DNA of 64,000 bases, taken from contig CAISJI010000010.1 in the NCBI GenBank assembly GCA_903885565.1, forward strand, positions 899 through 64,898, given 5' to 3'. Positions 50,430 to 60,272 of this stretch are shown piece by piece. Under the pieces are notes generated by a model. That model saw only the letters and a list, made by a program, of their open reading frames with translations, made no database searches and was not told the DNA's origin. Positions within the stretch are counted from its first letter, which is position 1. Every line of letters begins with the position of its first letter. This DNA comes from an uncultured Planctomycetaceae bacterium (GTDB lineage Bacteria; Planctomycetota; Planctomycetia; Pirellulales; UBA1268). The translations under genes and the position numbers were made by a program.

Positions 50430-52331
50430 TCAGTTGCTCCCTTGAATGGCAGAACTCTGGTCGCGGGGAAAATCGATATCCACATAACCGATCATCATCT
50501 CCTCCCAGGTCTGCTCCCCCCAGGTGACGTTGACGGTGGGATCGGGATTGGCCCGATTGGCGGTGGAGTTGTCGAACGTGGCGTGGCAAAGGATGGTTGC
50601 CCCGGCGGGCAATTCGCGGGGCTCCCGGAGGGTGTAGTAGCTCTGCCAGCCGAAGTCATAGGCGGGCACATCCAGCAGCACCTCCGGATCGGCCGGCTGC
50701 CGGTCGAGGAAATAGCGAAACGATTTGCCGCGCAGATGCATATGCGGCATGAAGGCGAGCAGGCGCACCGGTCGATCGAACTGCTTGCGGGACTTGACGG
50801 GATGATCGGCGGCGCCGGCCGGAATCACAAACTTCGGATTCACGATCCCCACGGTGAGCGCCTCGCGCACCGGCGGTTCCTTGGCGAGGATCAGGCCCAC
50901 GCTCGAGATGTCGGTCGTGGCGGTGCCGTTGGGCGTGTAGTGCACTTGGAATTTGAGCGTGCTGCCGGCGGGAATGCGTTTGCCGGTACCCAAGGGATAT
51001 TCTGAGGGCATGTCTCCCGGGGCGTATCCACACAGATGGCCGTCGGTGCCGCGGCCACGTTTCTCTCCAGGGGCCTCCACGTACACGATGATGTGGTGCA
51101 CCACCGCCGGATTGCCCGGCCGCGCCTCGGCCGCCTGCACCCAGACATCCTCCGCAAAGTTGGTCGGCACGGAAATATTGGCATAGGGGAGGGTGCCCTG
51201 GGCCGGAACCGGATTGGCCTGCGGCAGGGCGAAGACGATATCGGGGGTTCCGATCGTCCAGCCCTCCGGCCACTCGCGCGGCTGGGGCTCCGGCCCGTCA
51301 CCGCGCGGCGCTCCCTGCTCGACCCAGGCCAGGAGCGCCGCTCGTTCGCTCGGCGTCAGCCGTCTGTCGTTGGCAAAGTGGCCGTGCCGCGGGTCGGCAT
51401 GCCAGGGGGGCATGCGTCGGTTGGCGACCACCTCGCCGATCATGGCGGAATGCCGCTGGGCCTCCTCGTAGGTCAGCAGCGAAAACCCACCCACTTGCCC
51501 CGGGCGGTGGCAGGACTGACACCTGGCCTGCAGGATGCCAGCCACATCAGAGGTGTAGCTAATCGGGCCTACCGGAGCCGATGTCTGCTCCTGACTGTCG
51601 AGCCACGCGACGATCTCGGGGCTGGCCGGCCGCACGCGGTCGAGGCTTTCGAGTTGGGAAGGCTGAAGAGCTACTTTTGTGAGCCGACAGCCCGCCACCG
51701 GCGTCCCCTTCACGGCGACTTCCTGTGGCGGCAGGGAGAGAATCGCATCGAGGGCATCCCGCAAAAAAGTGTGGCGTGCTGCGGGGAGCGAAAAATCGTA
51801 ACCATACTGATCGTCGATGGCGCCGCGGTAGCGCAGCCTACCCCGCAGATCGACCAGCACCACCTCGTTGGTTCGTTCCACCATGAGGCTATCGGCGATC
51901 ACATTGCCCGGATCGTGGAGGATCGGGAAGCCGGGCGTGCGTTCATCCGCCCAGGCCTTGAGATCGGCAACCGTGTCGCCGGCATTCGAGGCGATGCCAA
52001 AGAACAGGATTCCCTTCTCGCCATACTCCCGGGCCAACTCCCCCAGCCGGGGCAGATATTTTTCCCCCAGCGGACACCCCGGAGAAACAAACGCCAGCAC
52101 GGCCGCTTTCAAGGGAGGGAGCTTGAGCCACTTCCCCGCCAGCCGGCTGCTGTGGGCGATTCCATAGAGCCAGACTTCCTCATCGGTCTGCACATTTGCT
52201 AGGCGGAAATCCCCCACGCGGCTCCCCACCATCCGGTCGAGAGGGAGCAGCAGAGCCTCCTCGGCCGGCACGCTGGGGCAGGCCAGCAGGAGAAGCACTC
52301 CGACCAGCAGGCAAACTCGACAGCGCATCAC
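50430..52331 (-). CDS. Redoxin + CxxCH + copper monooxygenase-like fusion protein
   Basis: [36 protein letters not shown]. Confidence 0.85.
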   Translation of the reverse strand: MMRCRVCLLVGVLLLLACPSVPAEEALLLPLDRMVGSRVGDFRLANVQTDEEVWLYGIAHSSRLAGKWLKLPPLKAAVLAFVSPGCPLGEKYLPRLGELAREYGEKGILFFGIASNAGDTVADLKAWADERTPGFPILHDPGNVIADSLMVERTNEVVLVDLRGRLRYRGAIDDQYGYDFSLPAARHTFLRDALDAILSLPPQEVAVKGTPVAGCRLTKVALQPSQLESLDRVRPASPEIVAWLDSQEQTSAPVGPISYTSDVAGILQARCQSCHRPGQVGGFSLLTYEEAQRHSAMIGEVVANRRMPPWHADPRHGHFANDRRLTPSERAALLAWVEQGAPRGDGPEPQPREWPEGWTIGTPDIVFALPQANPVPAQGTLPYANISVPTNFAEDVWVQAAEARPGNPAVVHHIIVYVEAPGEKRGRGTDGHLCGYAPGDMPSEYPLGTGKRIPAGSTLKFQVHYTPNGTATTDISSVGLILAKEPPVREALTVGIVNPKFVIPAGAADHPVKSRKQFDRPVRLLAFMPHMHLRGKSFRYFLDRQPADPEVLLDVPAYDFGWQSYYTLREPRELPAGATILCHATFDNSTANRANPDPTVNVTWGEQTWEEMMIGYVDIDFPRDQSSAIQGSN

Positions 52332-52514
52332 ACCCCCCCGGGAAAACGAATCTTGGTTTCGCTCTCAGTATCCTCTCAGTATGTCCGATGCAGAGCCCTC
52401 CTGCCACACGAGGAGCCCAGCGGCATCCCAGTCGGCCGGGGATCGACGTATGATGGAGAGGCTTTTCCCGGCTCCCCCCACTGTCTGCCCCCCCACCGCA
52501 GGAATGCCCGCTCC

Positions 52515-53927
52515 ATGAAGCCCCGTGAAGTGCTCGCGATGTGCCGCGAGAAGGAAGTGAAGGCGATCGATCTGCGATTTGTCGATTTTTTAGGATCGTG
52601 GCAGCACTACACGATTCCGGTCGGCAAGCTGGAGGAGGATGTCTTTGAGGATGGTCTCGGCTTCGACGGCTCGAGCATCCGCGGCTGGCAGGCGGTCAAC
52701 GAGAGCGACATGCTGCTGGTGCCGGTTCCCTCGACGGCGGTGGTCGATCCGTTTGCGGTGTTGCCGACGCTGTCGATGATCTGCAACGTGCAGGATCCGA
52801 TCAGCCGCGAAGATTACTCCCGCGACCCCCGCCATGTGGCCCGCAAGGCGGCCAACTATCTCAAGAGCACCGGCATCGCCGACACCTGCTTCATCGGCGC
52901 CGAGGCGGAGTTTTTTGTGTTCGACGATGTGCGCTTCGATCAGAATGCCCACGAGGGCTATTTCCATCTCGACAGCAGCGAGGCGGAATGGAACCGGGGG
53001 CGCGATGAGAAGCCGAATCTGGGATCCAAGCTGCGCCACAAGGAGGGCTATTTCCCCTGCCCGCCCGCCGATCAGCTGATGGATCTGCGCAACGACATGA
53101 TGCAGACGATGATCCAGTGCGGGATCGATGTGGAGGCGCAGCACCATGAGGTGGCCTCGGCCGGGCAGTGCGAGATCGACGTGCACTACCAGGAACTGGT
53201 GAAGATGGCCGATCAGATGTGTCTTTATAAATACATCGTGAAGAACGTCGCCCGGCGGCATGGCAAGACGGTCACCTTCATGCCCAAGCCGATCTTCGGC
53301 GACAACGGCTCCGGCATGCACACGCACATCTCGCTCTGGAAGGATGCCCATCCGCTCTTTGGCGGCTCAGGCTATGCGGGGCTCTCTGAGATGGCCCTTT
53401 ACGCCCTCGGCGGCATTCTGCGGCACGCCCCCGCGCTGCTGGCCATCACCAATCCCACGACCAACAGCTACAAGCGACTCGTGGCGGGGTATGAGGCGCC
53501 GGTGAATCTGGCCTATTCGCAGCGGAACCGTTCGGCCAGCTGCCGCATCCCGATGTATTCGGCAAGCCCCAAGACCAAGCGGATCGAATTCCGCTGCCCC
53601 GATCCCAGCTGCAATCCTTACCTTGCCTTCGCGGCGATCCTGATGGCGGCGATCGACGGCATCCAAAACAAATTCCATCCCGGCCCCCCGCTCGACCGGG
53701 ATATTTATGATCTTCCTCCGGAGGAGCTGGCCAATGTGCCCAAGACTCCGGCTTCACTTGAGGCGGCGCTTGAGCACTTGGAGCAGGATCGCGATTTCCT
53801 GTTGCGGGGCGATGTGTTTACGGAGGATGTGCTCGCCACCTGGATCCGCTTCAAGCGCGAGCAGGAGATCGAGCCGATGCGGCTGCGGCCGCACCCGTAT
53901 GAATTCTGCCTCTATTACGATGCCTGA
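52515..53927 (+). CDS. glnA: Glutamine synthetase type I
   Basis: FDGSSI, HHEVA, FMPKP..DNGSGMH, SYKRLV, RNRSA, IEFR.PDP. Confidence 0.98.
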   Translation: MKPREVLAMCREKEVKAIDLRFVDFLGSWQHYTIPVGKLEEDVFEDGLGFDGSSIRGWQAVNESDMLLVPVPSTAVVDPFAVLPTLSMICNVQDPISREDYSRDPRHVARKAANYLKSTGIADTCFIGAEAEFFVFDDVRFDQNAHEGYFHLDSSEAEWNRGRDEKPNLGSKLRHKEGYFPCPPADQLMDLRNDMMQTMIQCGIDVEAQHHEVASAGQCEIDVHYQELVKMADQMCLYKYIVKNVARRHGKTVTFMPKPIFGDNGSGMHTHISLWKDAHPLFGGSGYAGLSEMALYALGGILRHAPALLAITNPTTNSYKRLVAGYEAPVNLAYSQRNRSASCRIPMYSASPKTKRIEFRCPDPSCNPYLAFAAILMAAIDGIQNKFHPGPPLDRDIYDLPPEELANVPKTPASLEAALEHLEQDRDFLLRGDVFTEDVLATWIRFKREQEIEPMRLRPHPYEFCLYYDA

Positions 53928-54042
53928 CAGGCATCCCCGGCCGGGTTGGCAGGCAGCGGATCGACTACGATTGAGCCCACGTCCTGGCCTGCTCTTGGAG
54001 GGAGCTCCAATGCGTTATTTTTCTTGAGCGCTACGCCTGGCG

Positions 54043-54627
54043 TCAGCGCTGACTGGCCACGATCTCAGCCTCAAGCCACGCGGAACGGGCTTCTTCGCCA
54101 AGCGATACGGCGGCCCACTCGCGACGGATCAAGTCGAGGTCGATCGTGTTTCGGTTCGCTGCCAGGAGAACCCTGATATCTTCTTGGTCTTGTGGCCGGA
54201 AAGAGACGAGTTTTGTGACGATCAGCCCCTCAGGCGAAAGCACCCTGAGTTGGTGGCCCTCCGTCCATCGAAACAACGTCGCTGCGGTGAGCGCGTGGTC
54301 ATAGAGCGGCAAAACAGGCTTCAGCCAGTCGATCCGCACCGTTCCAAACCGAAACGATGTCATATGTTCCCGAACAAACTGGCGAATCACCGTCTCGCGG
54401 TCGATGGAAAAACCGCGTTCGACCAGGTCGTCCAGCAGGCCCGGAAGGGCGATCTGAGGAACATCCAGCAGGATGTCGATATCCTGCGTGAACCGTGGCC
54501 GGCCGCGCAGCATCGTCGCCAACCCGCCCAGCAGTGCATACCGCACGCCACGTGCCGCAAAGACTTCAGCGAGAATCTCGACGGCGCGGATCAGGTCTCC
54601 GGCGAGCGAATCATGGTCGTGCGGCAT
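54043..54627 (-). CDS. Nucleotidyltransferase (MenT1-like putative toxin) 3
   Basis: YALLGGLA...RGRPRFTQDIDIL, IDWL, TKLVSFRPQDQED. Confidence 0.85.
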   Translation of the reverse strand: MPHDHDSLAGDLIRAVEILAEVFAARGVRYALLGGLATMLRGRPRFTQDIDILLDVPQIALPGLLDDLVERGFSIDRETVIRQFVREHMTSFRFGTVRIDWLKPVLPLYDHALTAATLFRWTEGHQLRVLSPEGLIVTKLVSFRPQDQEDIRVLLAANRNTIDLDLIRREWAAVSLGEEARSAWLEAEIVASQR

Positions 54628-54850
54628 GACGGCCTACGAACTCCTCAATGGCGCGACGGGCGAGATCTTCCTGCGATTGTCGGTGCGAGTGGAGAAATTC
54701 CTGCTGGGATGAACGGCGGATCAGGAGTTCCCCTGCTGACAGGACTGACCGGATCGCGGCGATGCGCTCTTCCGCAGAAAGACCACGGAAGCGGGCTGCC
54801 TCCTCAGCGTGAACTTCCGCGTCAGTGGGGAATCGCAACGGCGTTTGCAC
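54611..54850 (-). CDS. Small partner protein (putative antitoxin) 3
   Basis: FRGLSAEERIAAI; 17-bp overlap with toxin. Confidence 0.7.
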   Translation of the reverse strand: MQTPLRFPTDAEVHAEEAARFRGLSAEERIAAIRSVLSAGELLIRRSSQQEFLHSHRQSQEDLARRAIEEFVGRHAARP

Positions 54851-54972
54851 AATGCCCTCGTCTTCCGACGGCTACTTCTCGCACTCTCTTTTAAGTCTAG
54901 CCGCCCTGCTGGAACGCTGCGTCAGGGGCTTGGAATCGGATGTGCCGGCGCGGTTTTCCGACACATCGCTGC

Positions 54973-55752
54973 CTACCAGACCGTCTTACCGCCGTTGACG
55001 GAGATGCTCTGGCCAGTCACAAACCCCGCCTCCCGGCTGGCCAGATAGGCGGCCGCCCAGCCGACCTCTTCCGGCTTCCCCCAGCGGCCGGCAGGCACCG
55101 TGGCCAGATAGGCATCTTTATCGGCCTGCGGATCGTTTTCGTGGCGCTCCACGGGGATCCAGCCGGGGGCGATCATATTGACTGTCACACCGAACGGGGC
55201 CAGTTCGCGGGCCATGCTGCGCGACCAGCCGATCTGGCCCCCCTTGGCGGCCACGTAGGCGGAGAAGGGGGAAACACCCAATTGGAACACTTCGCTGGTG
55301 ATATTAATCAGCCGGCCGTGGCGACGCTTCTTCATGCCGGGAAGAGCGCGGCGGGCGAGCATGTAGGGGCTCTTTACAAAGAAGTCGAGCATCTGCTGGT
55401 AAAAGTCCCAGTCATATTCCTCGATCGGTTTCTGCGGCTGGGCCGGCGTGGCGTTGACGACGATGATGTCGACCGCTCCCAGCGATGTTTCAATCGCTGT
55501 GAACATTGTATCGATCTCCCCTTCGTCGCTGACGTCGGCCTGAAAGAGATCGGCTGTGATCCCGGCAGCCCGCAGGTCAGCCAGCGCCTTCTCGGCCCGG
55601 GGGCGGGAGTTGGCGTAGTTGACCGCCACCTTCGCCCCCGCCAGCCCGAGGCAGCGGGCGGTGGCCAGGCCCAGCCCGGTGGAGGAACCGGTGACCAGAG
55701 CCGTCTGGCCGACGAGTGAGAAGAGGGGGCGGGAAGCTGGGGTGGCAGTCAT
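54973..55752 (-). CDS. Short-chain dehydrogenase/reductase
   Basis: TGSSTGLG, YVAAK, VNMIAPG, TGQSISVNGG. Confidence 0.93.
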   Translation of the reverse strand: MTATPASRPLFSLVGQTALVTGSSTGLGLATARCLGLAGAKVAVNYANSRPRAEKALADLRAAGITADLFQADVSDEGEIDTMFTAIETSLGAVDIIVVNATPAQPQKPIEEYDWDFYQQMLDFFVKSPYMLARRALPGMKKRRHGRLINITSEVFQLGVSPFSAYVAAKGGQIGWSRSMARELAPFGVTVNMIAPGWIPVERHENDPQADKDAYLATVPAGRWGKPEEVGWAAAYLASREAGFVTGQSISVNGGKTVW

Positions 55753-55812
55753 GCGAAAGACGCTCCGGGGAGAAGATTTTATGACGAAGGGGGGAAGGGG
55801 CCGCCGGCCCGG

Positions 55813-56982
55813 TCAGCGAAACGGGGGGGCCCAGGTGTTGGTCAGGTGGTGCATGATACCGGCGATTGCCCCCTGCCGCTTGCTCAGCCGCGTCGGCACG
55901 ATCGTGCAGTCGGCCAGCGACGCGGTGAGCGTGCGCTGCCGCACCCGCTCGAGCACAAGGGCAAAGCGATCCTCCGCGGCGACCAGCAGCGTGCCATGCA
56001 CAAACAGGGTGGTGGGATTGAAGATATTGATGACGGCGGCCATGGCGATGGCGAGGTATTCGCTGACGCATTCCACATCGGGCTGGAATTTCTCTGGATG
56101 TGCCGCCAACTGGCTGGCCGCCTCCTCGAGAGCGAGCGGCTGGCCGAACCGCTCCGACATGCGGCGCAGCAGGGCGGAGTCGGTGGCCAGCGTTTCGAGG
56201 CAGCCGCGGTTGCCGCAGCCGCAGCGGATGCCGGTGGGATCGGCTGTGATGTGCCCCACCTCTCCCGCCATGCCGCCATGCCCGGAGAGCAACTGCCCCC
56301 CGCACATCACCGCCAGCCCGAGGCCGGTGCTGACATCGAGCATCGCGAAATCGCGCAAGCCCTTGGCGTCGCCATAGAGCCGCTCACTCAGGCACAGCCC
56401 GCTGGTCTCCTGAAGCAGCAGGCACTTCGCTCCGATCCTCTGCTCCAGATCGACTGCCGGATTGCGCTTGTCGAGCAGATGGAGATTGGGGGAGAAGACG
56501 ATCTCCTTCAGCCGCTCATTCACCAGCCCCGGCACGCTGACGCCGATGGCATGCACCGTGCGATCGGCATCCTGGAGCAGGGCGCGGCAGTGGAGTTCGA
56601 TGGAGTTGAGCAACTCCTTGTAGGTCAGCGGCGTGACGAACCGGCGCGTGCGTGCTTCCTCCACGCGTCCATCGAGCCCCGCGGCGACCACGCAGCAGGT
56701 GGAGGCATCGATCACCACGCCCAGAATCACTGCCGACATGGCCGCCATCTGCACCAGCCGGCCCGGTCGGCCGAGGGTTTGGCCAAGCGGCTCAACTTCC
56801 TCCACCAGCCCACGCTGCAGGAGCGCCTCGACCACCTTCGACACGGTGGGAGCGGTGAGACCGCTGGAGCGGGTCAGTGAGGCCCGCGAGGAGGGCCCCT
56901 GTTGCTGGATCACTTCGAGCAGCCGCCGCTCGTTGATCCTGCGCAGCAGCGCCGATTCGACGCGGTTGTGGGGGGCTGTCAT
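55813..56982 (-). CDS. ROK-family transcriptional regulator
   Basis: N-terminal HTH SRASLTRSSGLTAPTVS, GRP, GEVGH, CGCGNRGCLE. Confidence 0.92.
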   Translation of the reverse strand: MTAPHNRVESALLRRINERRLLEVIQQQGPSSRASLTRSSGLTAPTVSKVVEALLQRGLVEEVEPLGQTLGRPGRLVQMAAMSAVILGVVIDASTCCVVAAGLDGRVEEARTRRFVTPLTYKELLNSIELHCRALLQDADRTVHAIGVSVPGLVNERLKEIVFSPNLHLLDKRNPAVDLEQRIGAKCLLLQETSGLCLSERLYGDAKGLRDFAMLDVSTGLGLAVMCGGQLLSGHGGMAGEVGHITADPTGIRCGCGNRGCLETLATDSALLRRMSERFGQPLALEEAASQLAAHPEKFQPDVECVSEYLAIAMAAVINIFNPTTLFVHGTLLVAAEDRFALVLERVRQRTLTASLADCTIVPTRLSKRQGAIAGIMHHLTNTWAPPFR

Positions 56983-57015
56983 GGAAAGGCAGGGCTTGGA
57001 GCCAAAATTGCTTTT

Positions 57016-57034
57016 TTTTAAACGACGCTTAGAA
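57016..57034. promoter_or_regulatory. Candidate ROK operator palindrome
   Basis: TTTTAAACGACGCTTAGAA, 14/19 dyad, AT-rich, ~35 bp upstream of the regulator start. Confidence 0.5.
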
Positions 57035-57075
57035 TCTATTGTGGCTGGTGGTTCCCCGCAAGCAACTCCCGTCGC

Positions 57076-57233
57076 GAGCGGGCGTATTCGGGATAGCTGG
57101 AGAGACAACGGGCTTTGAACATTGGGCGGTGGAGGCGAAGGGGTCGGCGAACGCTTGAGGAGCGCACGCGACGAAACTTTTGCCGCCCCGCAACCGCTGT
57201 TCTACGTCGGTCGAATTGGCTTGAGCGGGCATA
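57076..57233 (+). mobile_element. MITE family B copy 3 (degenerate ends)
   Basis: Core GGGGTCGGCGAACGCTTGAGGAGCGCACGCGACGAAACTTTTGCCGCCCC. Confidence 0.78.
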
Positions 57234-57322
57234 GAATGGACAGTTTCGAGCTGGGAACAGGACCTCGCTGTGGCCTCCGGCCGAGCGGTTCGCAGCAGCG
57301 GCGGTGCTGCGGTGGAACGATC

Positions 57323-57341
57323 GAGCAGGCTGTGGAAAAAG
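57323..57341 (+). mobile_element. MITE family A left-end fragment
   Basis: AGCAGGCTGTGGAAAAAG identical to the copy 4 end. Confidence 0.55.
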
Positions 57342-57349
57342 GGTGACGC

Positions 57350-60253
57350 GTGAGAGTGTTGAAAGAATCCCTCCGCCAGACGGCTGCGCCGACCCGACTC
57401 GGTTGGAGGGCGCGACTGGCAGCGATCGTGGGTGCTTGTGCGTGCGTTGTCGGTTTGCCTCTGCAGGCGGCCCCGGTCGACTTCTCCCGCGAGATCCAGC
57501 CGCTGCTGGCCAGGAAATGTTTTGCCTGCCATGGCCCCGACAAGCAGGAGGGGGGGCTGCGTCTGGATGAATCGGCTGGCGCCTTGGCCGAACTCGACAG
57601 CGGCGGCCGAGCGATCGTGGCTGGTGACAAGCAGGCGAGCCTGATCCTCGAACGCATCACCGCCACCGATCCCGATACCCGCATGCCACCGGAAGGACCG
57701 CGGCTCACTCCAGCGCAGGTCGATGCCCTCGGCCACTGGATTGAGGAGGGGGCCGCCTGGCAGGAGCATTGGGCCTTCCGGCCGCTCACGCGCCCGGCCG
57801 TGCCTGAGGTGGAGAATGCGCCCCATCCGATCGATGCATTCATCCGTGCCGGGCTGGCCCGTCGCGGCCTGCCGATTCCCCAGCCGGCCGACAAAACCGC
57901 GCTGCTGCGGCGTGCCACCTACGATCTCACCGGCCTCTCCCCCACGCAGGCCGAACTGCAAGATTTCCTCGCTGATGAGTCGCCGCAGGCGTTTGAGAAG
58001 GTGGTCGACCGGTTGCTCGCCTCGCCCCACTACGGCGAACAGTGGGCCCGCCACTGGCTCGATCTGGTGCGGTATGCCGACACCAACAGCTTTGAACGCG
58101 ATGGTGCCAAGCCCCATGCCTGGCGCTACCGCGACTACCTGATCCGCTCGTTCAATGCCGACAAGCCGTTCGACCAACTCACGATCGAGCAGATCGCCGG
58201 TGACGAACTTCCCGAGCCCTCCAACGACGCTCTGATCGCCACCGGCTACTACCGGCTCGGTGTGTGGGATGACGAACCGGCCGACAGGGCGCAGTTCCGC
58301 TACGACTGGCTCGACGACATCGTAGCCACCACCGGCCAGACCTTCCTGGGGCTGACGGTCAACTGCGCCCGCTGCCACGATCACAAAATCGATCCGATTC
58401 CGCAGCGCGATTACTACAGCCTGCTCTCGTTCTTTCACAACATCGTGCAAGGACCGTCGGTGGAGCGGCCGATCTTCGCCAGCCCCGAGGCACGCGCCGA
58501 GCATGACGCCCGCGTGGAGAATCGGCAACGCCGCATCGATGCCGCCCAGCAGGCCGTCACAGCGATCGAAACAGCGTTTCTGGCCGCCAGAGACAACCCC
58601 GCCGATGGGCCGACAGAGTCGAGCGATCTCGACGATCTCGCCTTCCGCTTCTACCGCGACACTTGGACGAAGCTGCCCGATTTCGACAGCCTCAAGGCGG
58701 AGGATGTCGGCCCGGTGGCCAGCCAGTTTTTCAATATCACCGTGGCTCCCTCGCTGCGGCCCGATTCCTTCGGCTATGTCTTCACCGGCTTTCTCAAGGT
58801 GCCTGCCGATGGCGACTACACCTTCACGCTCGATTCTGACGACGGCTCCCGTCTCTCGATCGACGGGAAGACGGTTGTCGAATATGATGGCATCCACGGT
58901 ATCGGTCAGCCGAAGACGGCCACAGTCTCTCTCAAGGCGGGGCGTCTGCCGATCCGGCTCGACTATTTCCAGTGGGAGCATCGCAAGGGCTTGAGCGTCG
59001 CCTGGACGGGACCGGGGTTTGACAATCGGCCCCTCTCGACCAGCAAGAAGAAGGGGGAGCAGGCCACCAAGCTGGCCGAGGCAATCGCCGCCGAGGGGGA
59101 AAAAATTCTCGGGGCCGACGGCAAGCGCGACTACGACGCCAAGGTGGCGGCACTTGAGGCGGTGAAGAAGGAATCGGTGCCGGTTGAGGTGGCCTCGGTG
59201 GTGACGGAGCAGGGGGCGCAGGCCCCTGAGACGTTTGTGCTCTACCGCGGCAATCCGCACGCCGAAACGAAGCCTGAAAACAGAGTGGAGCCAGCCTTCC
59301 CTGGGATTCTCAAGGCGAAGCAACCGGTGATCCCGACTCCAGCCCCCGGCGCCACCTCCACCGGCCGGAGGACGGCGCTGGCGCAGTGGCTGGTGTCTCC
59401 GGAAAACCAACTCACTCCCCGCGTGCTGGCCAACCGCCTTTGGCAATATCATTTCGGCCGCGGCATCGCCCGCAGTTCCAGCAACTTCGGCATGATGGGC
59501 GATCCTCCCACGCATCCGGAACTGCTCGATTGGCTGGCTGCAGAACTGATCTCCGGCGGCTGGCATCTCAAGCCGCTGCACCGGCAGATCATGCTTTCGC
59601 AGGCTTACCAAGCCGCCTCGACGGGCGATGCCGCCGCCTCGGCGAGCGATCCCTTGAACGACAGTTTCTGGCGCTTTGACATGCGTCGGCTGACCGCCGA
59701 GGAGATCCGCGATACGATCCATGTCGCCAGCGGAGATTTCAATCCCAAGATGGGAGGTCCGGGAGTGTTTGTCGATATTCCCAAGGAGGTGCTGGCGGGG
59801 CAGTCGCGGCCGGGGGAAGGCTGGGGCAGTTCACCCGCCGAGGAGCAGGCCCGCCGCAGCGTTTACATCCATGTGAAGCGCTCGCTCATCACGCCGATTC
59901 TCGCCGACTTCGATCTGGCCGATACCGACACCACCTGTCCGGTGCGGTTTACCACCACGCAGCCGACACAGGCCCTGGGCATGATGAATGGCGCATTTCT
60001 GCACAAGCAGGCCCGGGCGTTTGCCGCGCGTGTCAAACGGGAAGTGGGGGGCGTCGACGCCGATAACACGCAGGCGGAGGTGCGCCGGGCCCTGGAGATC
60101 GCGCTGACGCGGCAGGTCAGCGCTGAGGAGGTGGCCCGGGGCGTGGCACTGGTGGACACGCTGGAGAATGCCGATGGTGTCGGTCCCACCCGCAGCCTGG
60201 AACTCTTCTGCCTGATGGTGCTCAACCTCAACGAATTCATCTACCTCGACTAG
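57350..60253 (+). CDS. Planctomycete cytochrome c + DUF1549 + PA14 + DUF1553 protein 3
   Basis: CFACHG, WLDLVRYAD, CARCHDHK, PA14 YTFTLDSDDGSRL, THPELLDWLA. Confidence 0.93.
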   Translation: MRVLKESLRQTAAPTRLGWRARLAAIVGACACVVGLPLQAAPVDFSREIQPLLARKCFACHGPDKQEGGLRLDESAGALAELDSGGRAIVAGDKQASLILERITATDPDTRMPPEGPRLTPAQVDALGHWIEEGAAWQEHWAFRPLTRPAVPEVENAPHPIDAFIRAGLARRGLPIPQPADKTALLRRATYDLTGLSPTQAELQDFLADESPQAFEKVVDRLLASPHYGEQWARHWLDLVRYADTNSFERDGAKPHAWRYRDYLIRSFNADKPFDQLTIEQIAGDELPEPSNDALIATGYYRLGVWDDEPADRAQFRYDWLDDIVATTGQTFLGLTVNCARCHDHKIDPIPQRDYYSLLSFFHNIVQGPSVERPIFASPEARAEHDARVENRQRRIDAAQQAVTAIETAFLAARDNPADGPTESSDLDDLAFRFYRDTWTKLPDFDSLKAEDVGPVASQFFNITVAPSLRPDSFGYVFTGFLKVPADGDYTFTLDSDDGSRLSIDGKTVVEYDGIHGIGQPKTATVSLKAGRLPIRLDYFQWEHRKGLSVAWTGPGFDNRPLSTSKKKGEQATKLAEAIAAEGEKILGADGKRDYDAKVAALEAVKKESVPVEVASVVTEQGAQAPETFVLYRGNPHAETKPENRVEPAFPGILKAKQPVIPTPAPGATSTGRRTALAQWLVSPENQLTPRVLANRLWQYHFGRGIARSSSNFGMMGDPPTHPELLDWLAAELISGGWHLKPLHRQIMLSQAYQAASTGDAAASASDPLNDSFWRFDMRRLTAEEIRDTIHVASGDFNPKMGGPGVFVDIPKEVLAGQSRPGEGWGSSPAEEQARRSVYIHVKRSLITPILADFDLADTDTTCPVRFTTTQPTQALGMMNGAFLHKQARAFAARVKREVGGVDADNTQAEVRRALEIALTRQVSAEEVARGVALVDTLENADGVGPTRSLELFCLMVLNLNEFIYLD

Positions 60254-60272
60254 CTCTGCGGAGACCCTACTC

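Noticed and set aside
52362-52382. CTCTCAGTAT direct repeat between the redoxin gene and glnA
   Set aside because: Only two copies, no match to a nitrogen regulator or sigma54 motif that I can support.
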